64,000 nucleotides of DNA from positions 4,704,001-4,768,000 of the forward strand of contig OZ255842.1 of the NCBI GenBank assembly GCA_965277805.1. Direction: 5' to 3'. Source of the DNA: Candidatus Lustribacter sp. Lineage in GTDB: Bacteria > Vulcanimicrobiota > Vulcanimicrobiia > Vulcanimicrobiales > Vulcanimicrobiaceae. The notes under the pieces were generated by a model. It made no database searches, had not been told where the DNA came from, and saw only the letters and a program-made list of their open reading frames with translations. This document shows positions 29,838 through 39,917 of this stretch, piece after piece. The position numbers and the translations under genes are program-made. Numbering within the stretch: the first letter of the stretch is position 1; each line of letters begins with the position of its first letter.

Positions 29838-30800
29838 ATGGCTGTCGTCGCCGAGAAGAAGATCCTGCTCTGCCAGCCGCGCGGATTCTGCGCGGGGGTG
29901 GAGCGCGCCGTGCAGATCATCGATGAGCTGGTGCGCCGCTCGGGCGAGACGGTCTACGTGCGCAAGGAAGTCGTTCACAACCGCGTCGTGGTAGACGAAT
30001 TCCGCCGGCGCGGCGTGATCTTCGTCGACGACGTCGAGGATGCACCCGAGTCGTCGCTGCTGGTGTTCAGCGCGCACGGCATCGCGCCCGAAGTGCGCGC
30101 GCGCGCCGAGAAGCGCCACCAGCGCACGATCGACGCAGTCTGCCCGCTGGTGGTGAAAGTTCATCGCGAAGTGTCGAAGTTCGTCGGTGAAGGCTATCAC
30201 GTGCTGCTGATCGGTCATGCCGGCCATGAAGAAGTCGACGGCACGATGGGTCACGCCGGCGGTCACGTGACGCTCATTCAAAACGAAGCCGAAGCCGAAG
30301 CGTACCAGAATACGAGCGGCAAAGCCCTGGCGCTCGTGTCGCAAACGACGCTCGCCGTCAGCGAAGTGCAGCACGTGATCGACGTGCTGCAGCGGCGCTT
30401 CCCCGGCATCCACTTGCCGGCCAAGAGCGACATCTGTTACGCGACCGAGAACCGCCAAGTCGCGGTGCGCGCGATGGCGCCGTCGTGCGACGCGATCCTC
30501 GTCATCGGCTCGAACAACAGTTCCAACTCGCGCAGTCTGCGCGACGCCGCGGGCGAAGGCGGACGCCCCGCCTACCTGATCGACGATCCCGCGATGATCT
30601 TACCGGCCTGGCTCGCGGGCGTCACGACGCTCGGCGTCACCGCCGGCGCCTCAACCCCCGAAACCCTCGTCGCCGATGTGATCGAACGCGTGCGTCAACT
30701 TGACGCGGGCTTCATCACCGTCGAACCCGTCGGCACCGGCGAACCCGCCATGACGTTCCGCCCCCCACGCGAACTCGCAGAGCTGTTACCGCCCGCCTAA
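29838..30800 (+). CDS. ispH: 4-hydroxy-3-methylbut-2-enyl diphosphate reductase
   Basis: PRGFCAGVERA, VHN, SAHG, DAVCPLV, GHAGHEEV, SQTT, DICYATENRQ, SSNS, TAGASTP. Confidence 0.96.
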   Translation: MAVVAEKKILLCQPRGFCAGVERAVQIIDELVRRSGETVYVRKEVVHNRVVVDEFRRRGVIFVDDVEDAPESSLLVFSAHGIAPEVRARAEKRHQRTIDAVCPLVVKVHREVSKFVGEGYHVLLIGHAGHEEVDGTMGHAGGHVTLIQNEAEAEAYQNTSGKALALVSQTTLAVSEVQHVIDVLQRRFPGIHLPAKSDICYATENRQVAVRAMAPSCDAILVIGSNNSSNSRSLRDAAGEGGRPAYLIDDPAMILPAWLAGVTTLGVTAGASTPETLVADVIERVRQLDAGFITVEPVGTGEPAMTFRPPRELAELLPPA

Positions 30801-30830
30801 TAGCAACGCCGGTAGCGTGGAGCGCGTCCT

Positions 30831-30868
30831 TCGTCTGCGCGCCCTTCGGCGCTTCACTCAGGATGACA
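30831..30868 (-). repeat. Single REP-like arm related to the 19767 element
   Basis: Reverse complement matches 19767-19804 at 34/38 nt; between convergent ispH and DUF1697 genes. Confidence 0.8.
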
Positions 30869-31406
30869 GGTCTACGGCGGCGGCGAGTTTTAGGACGGTA
30901 TTCCAATTGCGAGCGGTGCATTGGACGCCGAGTTTGCGTTCGATCAGGGCGTTGGTGAGTTTCGAGTTGCCCTGCCCGTCGGGGTAGATCGCGTAGACTT
31001 GCTTGCCGGCGGCGGTGATGGTTTCGCGGCCCACGATCGCCGCGCGCAACGCCGCAACATCCTTCGCGGCGGGGGCCGACTTGCAGGCGATCATGACGAA
31101 CCGGCTCGGATCGTCGCGTGCGGCGTCGGGATATGGGTTGTTGGTGACGATTGCGTCCCACTCGCGCGCGGTGCGTACGAAGAACGCCGTCTGCACGCCG
31201 AGCTTCGCCGCGACCGCAGTTTCCAGTTGCCGTTCGAGCGCAGCATCGGCTTTGCCGCTGCAGCCGAACACGACGTTGCCGCTCTGCAAGAGCGACTTCA
31301 CGCCGGTGAAGCCGAGCCCGGTCAGCGCCTTGCAGAGCGCGGGCATCGAGACGGCTTTCGTTCCGCCGACGTTGACGGCGCGCAAGAGCGCGACGACGCG
31401 GGTCAC
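30858..31406 (-). CDS. DUF1697 family protein
   Basis: VALLRAVNVGG, LQSGNVVF, C-terminal TARNWNTV. Confidence 0.88.
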   Translation of the reverse strand: MTRVVALLRAVNVGGTKAVSMPALCKALTGLGFTGVKSLLQSGNVVFGCSGKADAALERQLETAVAAKLGVQTAFFVRTAREWDAIVTNNPYPDAARDDPSRFVMIACKSAPAAKDVAALRAAIVGRETITAAGKQVYAIYPDGQGNSKLTNALIERKLGVQCTARNWNTVLKLAAAVDLSS

Positions 31407-32557
31407 GTCAGACGGGCCGCCGCGGCGAGCGTTTCTTCGAGCATGTTGCGCTGGAACGCAACCATATCCGCAACGTGCGGGAACCGTGCATCGGCGCGCG
31501 CGTCGGTGAGCCGGTAGCGCGGCCCTGCGGCGGCGAGGATGCCCAAGCGGATCAGCACCATCAGCGCTTCGTCGACGACGGCATCCGGACGGCGGCGCAA
31601 TTCCGGATCGGCGAACACGTTCGACGGCAACGCGGCTAGCTGCGTCAGCACGCTCTCGCGCGCCGCGCTCGCCGCGAACGGCTCATCGACGCCGCAGAGA
31701 AACGTTGCCACAAGCGCGCTCGTCGTCACCGTGCGCGCGGCGGCGAGCGACGTGCCGAGATCGTTGCGGTCGGCGGGCGGGACGACGCGGTAGAGCATCG
31801 AGAGGCGCCGTCCGCGGAACGGATCGTAGGCGATCGCGCACAACCACGGTTCGGCAACGGGCAGCACCGCATCGGTAAGTCCGTTGCGCATCGGGTGCAT
31901 CGTGCCGTCCCGGCTGAAATCGCCTTCGGGCGTCACGTAAAACGTCGCGCCCTCGCGCAAGCGCTCCACTACCGCGGCAATGTCGGCGGTCATCGTCGCG
32001 CGGAAATGCTCGAGCGCTTCGCGGCGGTAGGGCTGTTTCAGATTGCCCAGCTTCACGAACGTCTGCGCCGCCGCGAAGTGCGCCGGTTTCCACAGATCGG
32101 CGAGGCTGCAGCCGGCGAGTCCGAGCTGCTCGGCGACGTCGTCGGCCAAGATCGTAACGAGCGGAACATCGCCGTGAGCGACGCGCGCTTCTTCTGCGAG
32201 GCTGATCAGCGCGCGCGAATGCAGATGGTTCTCGATCGGCAACAGTCCGAACAATTCCCACAAGCCGGTTGGATTGAGCCGGCGCGTGAACGGTGCCGTT
32301 TGCGGCAGGCGCGCGGCGAAGAAGCCGGTCTCGAACGTGCGGCGCGAGTTGACCGCGATGATCGGGATCTGCGGATGCTTCCAGAACGTCCGCGAGAACA
32401 CGATCTCGCCTTCGTCCATGTGCTGATGATTGGTGACTAGGACGGCCGCTCCGCGCGGAGCCGGCAGCGCCCCCCACTGGCGGACGCGTATCCGTGTGTT
32501 CAGATAGAGTTGGCGCGTGCCGATGGCAAGAAACAGGAGCGGAAGGCTGCGCTTCAC
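31403..32557 (-). CDS. PlsC-like acyltransferase domain protein
   Basis: NHQHMDE (HX4D-like) and TPEGD blocks; GTGA overlap with the MFS gene. Confidence 0.7.
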   Translation of the reverse strand: MKRSLPLLFLAIGTRQLYLNTRIRVRQWGALPAPRGAAVLVTNHQHMDEGEIVFSRTFWKHPQIPIIAVNSRRTFETGFFAARLPQTAPFTRRLNPTGLWELFGLLPIENHLHSRALISLAEEARVAHGDVPLVTILADDVAEQLGLAGCSLADLWKPAHFAAAQTFVKLGNLKQPYRREALEHFRATMTADIAAVVERLREGATFYVTPEGDFSRDGTMHPMRNGLTDAVLPVAEPWLCAIAYDPFRGRRLSMLYRVVPPADRNDLGTSLAAARTVTTSALVATFLCGVDEPFAASAARESVLTQLAALPSNVFADPELRRRPDAVVDEALMVLIRLGILAAAGPRYRLTDARADARFPHVADMVAFQRNMLEETLAAAARLT

Positions 32558-33759
32558 GCCGTCTTTCCGTTGGCGTTGCGCACCGCGAGCACGGTGAGCG
32601 AACCCAGCAAGAAGCATGCGCTGGCGGTCGCGAACAGCCAGCGATAGCCGTCGCTCGGCGTGCTGCCGTGCGCGATGATCACGGCACCGAGCGCGGGCGC
32701 GATGACCATCGGCGAGTTGGAGAGCGTGCCCCAGATGCCGAGGTCGCGCGCCACGTCGCCGAGCTCGGGCACCGCATCGAGCGCGAGCGCCCAGCCCACC
32801 GAAAACACGCCGCCGTAACCGAGCCCGAAGAGCGCGGCGAAGACGAAAATCACGCGCGGATCGGGCAAGAGCGCGAAGCCGAGCGCCGCCAGCGTCATCG
32901 GCAGGCCCGAAAGACACACGACGAGCCGGCGATCGAGCCGGTCGGAGAGCACGCCGGCTGCCACGCTCGAGACGACCGCGCCGACCATCGCCGACGCGGC
33001 GACGAGGCCCGTGTTGAACGATGCGTTGCCGATGCCGAGCACGTCGTGAAAGAAGAACAGCACGTAGGTGTTGAGCAGCGTCATGCCGAGCACGATCCAC
33101 GCGCGCCCGATCAGCGTGACGAAAAGGTCCCAGCGGTCGCGTATGCTCGCGCCCGAGCCCACCGTTTCAACGTACGGCGGCGACGGCGGAACAAAGAACA
33201 GCGTGATCGCGCTCAGGGCAACGCCGCCCGCGTCGAGCAGCAGCGCTTGGCGCGCCGGCAGGAGTGCGGCAAGCCCGAGGCCGACGATCGTTCCCACCAG
33301 CGTCATTGCCCCGCGAAAACCCGCGGCCGTGCCCCAGAAGCGCCGCGGCACGATTTCCGGCAACAGCACTTGGTACACGGTCGATCCGCTCATCAGCGCG
33401 ACGGTGGCCACGACCACCGCGCCCGTGAGCCCGACGATCGTCGACACCTGCGACATCAAAAGTAGCGCGATCGTATCGACGGCCAGAATGATGCCCGTCT
33501 GGATGCGGCGGTCGCCGCCCAGCCGTCGCGAGCGATCGGAGAAAGCGCCGGCCAGCGGCGGGACGATGGCCGCCGAGAACGCCGCGACCGTCGAAAGCAC
33601 GGCCAGCACGTTGGTGTGGTTGGCCGGCGCCAGCACCAGCAGCAAGGCTGGTACCAGAATCGTCATCAGCGCCGCGTCTTGAAAGTGGACCCCCACCCAC
33701 AAGGCATTGATCGCGAGGTGATCGCGGTTGCGAAAACGCTCCGTACTCGTACTCTCCAT
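32554..33759 (-). CDS. MFS transporter
   Basis: About 12 TM segments; GAFSDRSRR and GVLSDRLDRR motifs. Confidence 0.87.
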   Translation of the reverse strand: MESTSTERFRNRDHLAINALWVGVHFQDAALMTILVPALLLVLAPANHTNVLAVLSTVAAFSAAIVPPLAGAFSDRSRRLGGDRRIQTGIILAVDTIALLLMSQVSTIVGLTGAVVVATVALMSGSTVYQVLLPEIVPRRFWGTAAGFRGAMTLVGTIVGLGLAALLPARQALLLDAGGVALSAITLFFVPPSPPYVETVGSGASIRDRWDLFVTLIGRAWIVLGMTLLNTYVLFFFHDVLGIGNASFNTGLVAASAMVGAVVSSVAAGVLSDRLDRRLVVCLSGLPMTLAALGFALLPDPRVIFVFAALFGLGYGGVFSVGWALALDAVPELGDVARDLGIWGTLSNSPMVIAPALGAVIIAHGSTPSDGYRWLFATASACFLLGSLTVLAVRNANGKTA

Positions 33760-33823
33760 CGACCAGTACGGCTTCGCCCATTGGCCGAGCGGGCCCGCCT
33801 TCGAAGATGGGGAACCGAGCCGC

Positions 33824-34990
33824 GTGGGATTCGGCAGAACATTCCGGCGTGCGCTCGCACTGACGGCCGAGATTGCAGCGATCGCGTCGCTCGGCTATAC
33901 GGCCGCCGCGGTCGCCGCATCCGCGCACTTCGGCCGGCGTGAACGCGAGGAAGCGCATGCGCAGCCGCCGGTGACGCTGCTGGTGCCGCTGCACGGCGAC
34001 GAACCGCTGCTCGAAGAGAACCTGCGCGCGTTCGCGGAGCAGAACTATCCCGATCTGCAGATCGTGCTCGGCGTGGCGCACGCGGACGATCCGGCGCTGC
34101 CGGTCGCGCGCCGCGTTGCCGCCGCGTTGCCGCATCACCGCATCGAGATCGACATCGGCGAGGTTGCCGGCGCGCGTAATCCCAAGCTCGCCAACGTCCT
34201 CTCGATGATGCGCCTAGTGCGCCACACCACGCTGATCCTGGCCGACAGCGATACGCGCGTCGATGCCGACTACGTGCGCGCCGTGACGGCCCCGCTGCAG
34301 AGGCCGGAGATCGGCGCGGTCACGTGTCTCTTCGCCGGGGTGCCCGACGAAACGTTTGCATCGCAGCTCGGGGCGATGTTCATGAACGAGCAGTTCATTC
34401 CGTCGGCGCTGGTCGACCGGCTGTTCGGCCCGCTGCGCCACTGCTTCGGCCCCACCAACGCGTTTCGCGCGGCGGTACTGCAGTCGATCGGCGGCTTCGA
34501 TGCGCTGGCGCCGCACCTGGCCGATGACTTCATGCTCGGGCACTTCGTCGCCGAGCGCGGCTTGCGCGTAGTGATCTCGAAGTACGTGATCCGCACGATG
34601 GTCTCCGACTCGACGTTGCCGGTCTTATGGGATCACGAACTGCGCTGGCATCGCACGATCCGCGGATTGCAGCCGCTCGGTTACGCCGGGATGTTCCTGA
34701 CGTTTCCGGTGCCGCTCGCGCTGCTTGCGTTTGCGCTCGCGCGGCGGCGCGTGCCGGCCGGCGTGCTGCTGGCAACGGCGGTACTCGGCCGAATCGCGTT
34801 GCAGCGTGTTGCGGCGCGCGCGCTCGGCGTGCCGCCCGCGCCGTTGTGGATGATTCCCGCGCGTGATGCGTTCGGGCTCGCGGTGTGGGCGCGCGGGCTC
34901 ACCGGCCACGACGTGCGCTGGCGCGGCGCCCCGCTGCAGATGGCCGCCGACGGCGACCTGCTCGAGGAGCGCAACGCTAGCGCACGCTAG
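33824..34990 (+). CDS. hpnI: Bacteriohopanetetrol glucosamine glycosyltransferase HpnI (ceramide glucosyltransferase-like GT2)
   Basis: NPKLANV, LADSD, IGGF...LADDF, ELRWHRT, C-terminal VRWRG; near hpnJ; start uncertain. Confidence 0.82.
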   Translation: MGFGRTFRRALALTAEIAAIASLGYTAAAVAASAHFGRREREEAHAQPPVTLLVPLHGDEPLLEENLRAFAEQNYPDLQIVLGVAHADDPALPVARRVAAALPHHRIEIDIGEVAGARNPKLANVLSMMRLVRHTTLILADSDTRVDADYVRAVTAPLQRPEIGAVTCLFAGVPDETFASQLGAMFMNEQFIPSALVDRLFGPLRHCFGPTNAFRAAVLQSIGGFDALAPHLADDFMLGHFVAERGLRVVISKYVIRTMVSDSTLPVLWDHELRWHRTIRGLQPLGYAGMFLTFPVPLALLAFALARRRVPAGVLLATAVLGRIALQRVAARALGVPPAPLWMIPARDAFGLAVWARGLTGHDVRWRGAPLQMAADGDLLEERNASAR

Positions 34991-36711
34991 ATCGTCCCGA
35001 TCTTGTTCCCGGCCGCGTTGTTCTCGGCGAACCAGATGTGGTTATTGGGACCAAGCGTGATGCTGCACGGTCCGCTGTTGGCCGTCGGTAACGGGAACTC
35101 GGTGAAGACGCCGGCCGTCGTCATCCGCGCGACTTTGTTTGCGGAGTTGTTATTCTCCGTGAACCAGAGGTTGCCGTCGGCGCCGGTGACGATCGTCATC
35201 GGCTGGCTGTTCGCGGTTGGAATCGTGTATTCGGGGCCGAAGACACCGGCCGTCGTAATGTGGCCGACTTTGTTGGCCGCGCCGGATTCTTCCAAGAACC
35301 ACAGCGCACCGTCGGGCCCCACGCTGATGCCCGACGGATTGCTCGACGCCGTCGGGATGGTGTATTCGGTAAAGCTGCCGCTGGTCGTCATGCGCCCGAT
35401 TTGATTCGTTCCCGACTGGGTGAACCACAGCGCGCCGTCCGGAGCCGACACGATATATCCCGGAAACGTGTTCGCGGTCGGAATCGTGAATTCGGTCACG
35501 ACGCCGGCTGTGGTGATGCGAGCGATCTTGTTGCCGTCGTACTCGGTGAAATATAGATTCCCATCCGGATTCGACGTGATCTGGTAAGGAAACACGAACG
35601 GGCTAATGCCCGCTGAATACTCCGTGATCACGTGCGTCGTCGGATTGATCGTGCCGATCTTGTTCGCGAAGCTGTTTTCCTCGGTGAACCAGAGGTTGCC
35701 GTCGGAACCGAGTGCCATCGAGGTTGGTGCTGAGTTGACGGTCGGAATCGGGTACTCCGTGATCGTGCCGCCGATCGAGACGCGTCCGACGTTGTTACCG
35801 GTTTGCTCGACGAACCACAGCGCGTTGTCGGCCGGATCGCTCACGATGCCTTCCGCTTCGCTCGACGACGTCGGGATCGAGAATTCCGAGAACGTGAAAC
35901 TGCCCGACGGCGAAATCGGGACCACTGCATACGGCAACGTTGGGGCGTTCGGATTCGCGAACGTGATATGCACCGTGCTCGCTACCGACGAGGATCCGTC
36001 GTAGGTGAGCGTGACCGCTTGCGACGGCGAGGTCCAAAGTGCCGGGGTGATCGTGATGTGCGAATCGCTCGACGTGAGAGTGATTCCGGCTGCGAACGTC
36101 GCCGATGACGGGATCGTCGTACCGTCCGGATCGTCTGCGCCGATCGTTACCGTTGCCGTTCCGGGGGTGCCGATGATGAACGACGTTCCGGACGTGTAGA
36201 CGACCGAACCGGGGACGAGCGACGCAACGACCGGCGCCATCGTTGCGGATGCAGTGAACGTTTGGCCGCTGACGACGGTCGGCTGCGCGCTGCCTTGTGC
36301 GATCAAGTGTCCGGTCCCGTTGGGAGCATCGTAGAGAGCGAGTAGAATCGTGGGCGTGCCGACCGGCGCCGTGATCGGGATCGAGCACGTACGCACGCTG
36401 CCGAGTGTGATAGGTCCCGTCGTGCACAGCGACGATGTCGAACTGACGTCGAAATATGTGTCCGGCGTTGCCGTGCTGGTCAACACCCCGAGCGACGACG
36501 CATTGGCGGACACGAATTGTACGCGCCGCGCCGTCGTGCTGTTCGTCGCCGCGCCGGCGCTGCCGATCGTGATCGTCATGACGCCGCTTGCATGTGGTCC
36601 GGTCAGGCCGGCCGGTGCTGCGGGAGTCGCCGGGGACGAACCGCCGCCGCCGCCGCACGCGGCAAGCAGCAGAACCGTGACGACTGCGGCAATGCGAAGC
36701 GATCCGGACAC
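34987..36711 (-). CDS. Lipoprotein with C-terminal virginiamycin B lyase (Vgb)-like beta-propeller repeats
   Basis: Lipobox LLAAC-GGGG; about seven repeats of GxDGxLWFxE...NKxGxxT...TExxIPT. Confidence 0.85.
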   Translation of the reverse strand: MSGSLRIAAVVTVLLLAACGGGGGSSPATPAAPAGLTGPHASGVMTITIGSAGAATNSTTARRVQFVSANASSLGVLTSTATPDTYFDVSSTSSLCTTGPITLGSVRTCSIPITAPVGTPTILLALYDAPNGTGHLIAQGSAQPTVVSGQTFTASATMAPVVASLVPGSVVYTSGTSFIIGTPGTATVTIGADDPDGTTIPSSATFAAGITLTSSDSHITITPALWTSPSQAVTLTYDGSSSVASTVHITFANPNAPTLPYAVVPISPSGSFTFSEFSIPTSSSEAEGIVSDPADNALWFVEQTGNNVGRVSIGGTITEYPIPTVNSAPTSMALGSDGNLWFTEENSFANKIGTINPTTHVITEYSAGISPFVFPYQITSNPDGNLYFTEYDGNKIARITTAGVVTEFTIPTANTFPGYIVSAPDGALWFTQSGTNQIGRMTTSGSFTEYTIPTASSNPSGISVGPDGALWFLEESGAANKVGHITTAGVFGPEYTIPTANSQPMTIVTGADGNLWFTENNNSANKVARMTTAGVFTEFPLPTANSGPCSITLGPNNHIWFAENNAAGNKIGTI

Positions 36712-36803
36712 AAAACACCTCGAGGTACAAGCAACCTAGGGGCCGGTCTCAGGAGTTTACCAGCAAGCTGGAAGGTTCGTCTAGAGCGCGAAAGCCCGAG
36801 CCG

Positions 36804-37742
36804 ATGAACAGACAAGCTGCCCTCGCGCTCGGAAGCGCTTTTCTCGCCTCCCCGTCGGTGCTGTCGGCGCAAACGGCCACGCAAATGGTACTGGGTGCCG
36901 TGCCCGAGGAGTCGGTGACGCCGGCCCTTTGGGCAGTGCAGAGCGGGATGTTCCGCAAGGCGGGGCTGGATGTTGAGGTGCAGTCGGCGAGCAGCGGAAC
37001 GGCCATCGCGGCCGGCGTCGCGGGAGGCTCCTATGCGGTCGGCAAGTCGTCGCTGGTCGCGATCATCACCGCGCACGCCAAAGGGCTGCCGTTCGTGTTC
37101 GTGGCCGGCGGCAGTCTCTACGATACGAAGTTTCCGTACTCGGTGCTGACGGTGAAAGCCGACTCGCCGCTCAAGACCGCCAAAGATCTCGACGGCAAGA
37201 CGCTCGCCGTGCCGGCCCTCAGCGACCTCACCACCTACGCCACCAAAGCGTGGGTGGACTCGCACGGCGGCGATTCCACCACGTTGAAGCTGCTCGAGTT
37301 TCCGTTCTCGCAGATCCCCGATGCGCTGGCCTCGGGCCGCGTCGACGCGGGCTTCGTCGCCGATCCGGTTCTGCAGCAAGCGCTCGACGCCAAAAAAGTG
37401 CGTATTTTCGCGCACGCCTTCGACGCCGTTGCGCCGCAGTTCATGGTCACCGGCTGGTTCGTCACGCAAGAGTACGCGTCGAAGAACCTCACGGAACTGC
37501 AGAAATTTAAGAACGTCATCTACGAAGCGGCGAAGTACATCGAGAGCCATCCCGCCGATACGGTCAACGTGCTGGCGAAGTTCAGCGGCGTCGATCCCGC
37601 GGTCATCGCGCGGACGCACCGCATCGGGTACGCGCCGCTCGAGCCGAAATACATTCAGCCGGTCATCGACATCTGCGCGAAGTACAAGGCGATCCCGGCG
37701 GCGTTCGACGCCAAAGAGATTATAGCGGCAGGGTTACACTAA
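36804..37742 (+). CDS. ABC substrate-binding protein, SsuA/NMT1-like
   Basis: Signal peptide; GMFRKAGLDV, DLDGKTLAV, ALASGRVDAG. Confidence 0.85.
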   Translation: MNRQAALALGSAFLASPSVLSAQTATQMVLGAVPEESVTPALWAVQSGMFRKAGLDVEVQSASSGTAIAAGVAGGSYAVGKSSLVAIITAHAKGLPFVFVAGGSLYDTKFPYSVLTVKADSPLKTAKDLDGKTLAVPALSDLTTYATKAWVDSHGGDSTTLKLLEFPFSQIPDALASGRVDAGFVADPVLQQALDAKKVRIFAHAFDAVAPQFMVTGWFVTQEYASKNLTELQKFKNVIYEAAKYIESHPADTVNVLAKFSGVDPAVIARTHRIGYAPLEPKYIQPVIDICAKYKAIPAAFDAKEIIAAGLH

Positions 37743-38010
37743 CCGGGTCGAGCCGTTTAGGATAGCGGCGCACGCGCCGGTAGGTGGCGATCGCGCGAGC
37801 CACGTCCTGGTCGGCGACGTCGAAGATCAGGTGTTCGGCGATCGCCGCCGCATACGCGTAACCGCGAATTGCCCGTTCGAGATCGGCGTCGCGCAGCCAC
37901 TCGCGGTGGCGGCTGCGGTCGCGCCGCGCCATCGCGGTGGCAAAGTCTCGCAGCCGCGTCGCGCCGATGCTTGCAGCCGGGAGCCGTTTTCTGAGCGTTT
38001 GCGTGCCCAT
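37720..38010 (-). CDS. Small hypothetical protein
   Basis: 96-aa ORF filling the gap between two SBP genes; AAGGA-type RBS upstream of the ATG. Confidence 0.5.
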   Translation of the reverse strand: MGTQTLRKRLPAASIGATRLRDFATAMARRDRSRHREWLRDADLERAIRGYAYAAAIAEHLIFDVADQDVARAIATYRRVRRYPKRLDPVSVTLPL

Positions 38011-38122
38011 GTCGTCCTTATACCCGCTTTAGGGTGCTGGAAGCGCCTTCGGGTCTTTGAGATAGGTCACTCTACTAACGCGAAGAAGGGTCGATTAGTC
38101 GCTTAGAACTGAGGATTTTCTC

Positions 38123-39088
38123 ATGTTTTCGAAGCTCGATCGCCGCCTGATGCGGCCGTTGCGCACCGTTTGCGCGGCACTGCTGCTCCTGACTCCGGGT
38201 TCGCTCGCGTGGGCGCAAACGGGCGACGAAATCGCCGTCGCCACGCCGCCGATCGATTCGTCGGGCGAAGTCTTCTATGCCGCCGACATGGGCTTCTTTG
38301 CGAAGGCCGGCTTGAACGTGAAAATCGTGCCGATGAACAACGCCGGCGCGATCGCGCCGGCCGTCATTTCGGGCACGGTCGCGATCGGCGGGCTTACGGT
38401 GCCGGCCGTCGCCCTGGCGCGCGAGAAGAACGTGCCGATTACGATCGTAGCGCCCGGGTCCGTGTACTCGATGGCGGCGCCGACGTCCGGCATCGTCGTG
38501 CTCAAGAACTCGACGTTCAAGAAAGCGGCCGATCTCAACGGCAAGACCATCGGCACGCGCGACATCTCGAATATGAGCTACTACGGCTCGAACGTCTGGA
38601 TCGACAAGAACGGCGGCGATTCGAAGTCGATCAAATGGGTCGAGATCAACGACAACGTTGCGGTTGCGGCGATGCAGCAGGGACGCATCGATGCCGCCTC
38701 GCTCAGCGAACCCGGGCTCGACGACGCCGTGCACGGCGCCGCGCGCATGCTGGGGCCGGTTTACGATGCGGTCGGCGACAAGTTTCTGATCGCCGTCTTC
38801 TTCACGACCGAAACCTACGCCAACGCGCATCCCGACGCGATGCGCAAGTTTGCCGCCGCGATCATCGAAGCCGGCAAATGGGCCAACAAGAACCACGCCG
38901 CCAGCGCGAAGATCCTCGAGAAGTACGCCGGCACGCTCATTCCGCCGAGTTATACGCGCGTGACGTATGCCGAGCGGTTACGCGCGGCCGATGCGCAACC
39001 GGTGCTCGATATGCTCGCGACCTACGGCGTAATCAAACCCAACCCGCGCGCCGCCGACCTCTTCTCGCCGGCTGTGTACGCGCAGTGA
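38123..39088 (+). CDS. ABC substrate-binding protein, SsuA/NMT1-like
   Basis: Signal peptide; YAADMGFFAKAGL, DLNGKTIG, QGRIDAA. Confidence 0.85.
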   Translation: MFSKLDRRLMRPLRTVCAALLLLTPGSLAWAQTGDEIAVATPPIDSSGEVFYAADMGFFAKAGLNVKIVPMNNAGAIAPAVISGTVAIGGLTVPAVALAREKNVPITIVAPGSVYSMAAPTSGIVVLKNSTFKKAADLNGKTIGTRDISNMSYYGSNVWIDKNGGDSKSIKWVEINDNVAVAAMQQGRIDAASLSEPGLDDAVHGAARMLGPVYDAVGDKFLIAVFFTTETYANAHPDAMRKFAAAIIEAGKWANKNHAASAKILEKYAGTLIPPSYTRVTYAERLRAADAQPVLDMLATYGVIKPNPRAADLFSPAVYAQ

Positions 39089-39095
39089 GCGGCGT

Positions 39096-39917
39096 TTAGC
39101 CCAGGAGCTTTTGCAGGTCGGCGTGCGTGATCCGGTCGGCGGCGAACGTATACGTGCCGCGGTCGCGCACTTCGAGGGCGGCACGCCGGAGCGCGGCGAG
39201 CAGATGCGCCGCAGGTGCGGAGCCGGTGCTGACGCGCTTCACGCCCAGGCGCGTCAGCGCTGCGACGTCGGGCGTCGTGCCGCCGGCGAGGATGTTGATC
39301 GGGCCGGGAATCGCGGCTGCCAACTGTCCGATCAGATCACCGTCGGCGATGAACGGAACGAAAATGCAGCCGGCGCCCGCGTCGAGATACGCTTTCGCGC
39401 GCGTGACCGTTTCATCGAACTGCGCTGCAGCATCGCCGTCGGTCTGATAGACGTCGGTGCGCGCGTTGATCACGAATTCGGGCACGCCGAGTTCACTTGC
39501 GGCGGCGGAGATGGCGCGAATCCGTTCGCATTGCGCGTCCATCGGCATCAGCGGCGTTTGCCCCGGCAAGCTGTCTTCGAAGTTCATGCCGACGGCACCG
39601 GCGGCGATCGCGCCGCGCACGGTGGCGACGGCATCGGCAACGGTCGGGCCATAGCCGCCTTCGAGGTCGGCGGTGACCGGAACGCTTACCGCGCCGGCGA
39701 TCGTCCTGACGTGCGCGAGCATGCCGTCGCGCGAGATCGCTTGGCCGTCGGGAAAGCCGTCGACGTACGCGATGCCCGCGCTCGTCGTAGCGATGGCCGG
39801 AAAGCCGATCGATTCCACGATGCGTGCGCTCGCGCCGTCCCATGCGTTGACGAACACCACCGGGGTCGCCTGATGGTGCAGCGCGCGCAAAGCGGCGGCT
39901 TTTTCTTTCAGGTCCAT
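39096..39917 (-). CDS. Isocitrate lyase/PEP mutase family protein
   Basis: NAWDGASA, ATTSAG, VTADLEGGYG, GMNFED, INARTD, RVSTG. Confidence 0.9.
   Translation of the reverse strand: MDLKEKAAALRALHHQATPVVFVNAWDGASARIVESIGFPAIATTSAGIAYVDGFPDGQAISRDGMLAHVRTIAGAVSVPVTADLEGGYGPTVADAVATVRGAIAAGAVGMNFEDSLPGQTPLMPMDAQCERIRAISAAASELGVPEFVINARTDVYQTDGDAAAQFDETVTRAKAYLDAGAGCIFVPFIADGDLIGQLAAAIPGPINILAGGTTPDVAALTRLGVKRVSTGSAPAAHLLAALRRAALEVRDRGTYTFAADRITHADLQKLLG

Noticed and set aside
34987-36711. Vgb repeats as a streptogramin B resistance gene
   Set aside because: It is a lipoprotein with a long N-terminal region; the repeats indicate a beta-propeller fold only, and lyase catalytic residues could not be confirmed
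38090-38115. TTAG-containing sequence upstream of the SBP at 38123 as a fourth regulon operator
   Set aside because: It does not form TTAG-N4-CTA and lacks the TTGACT-N17 promoter context
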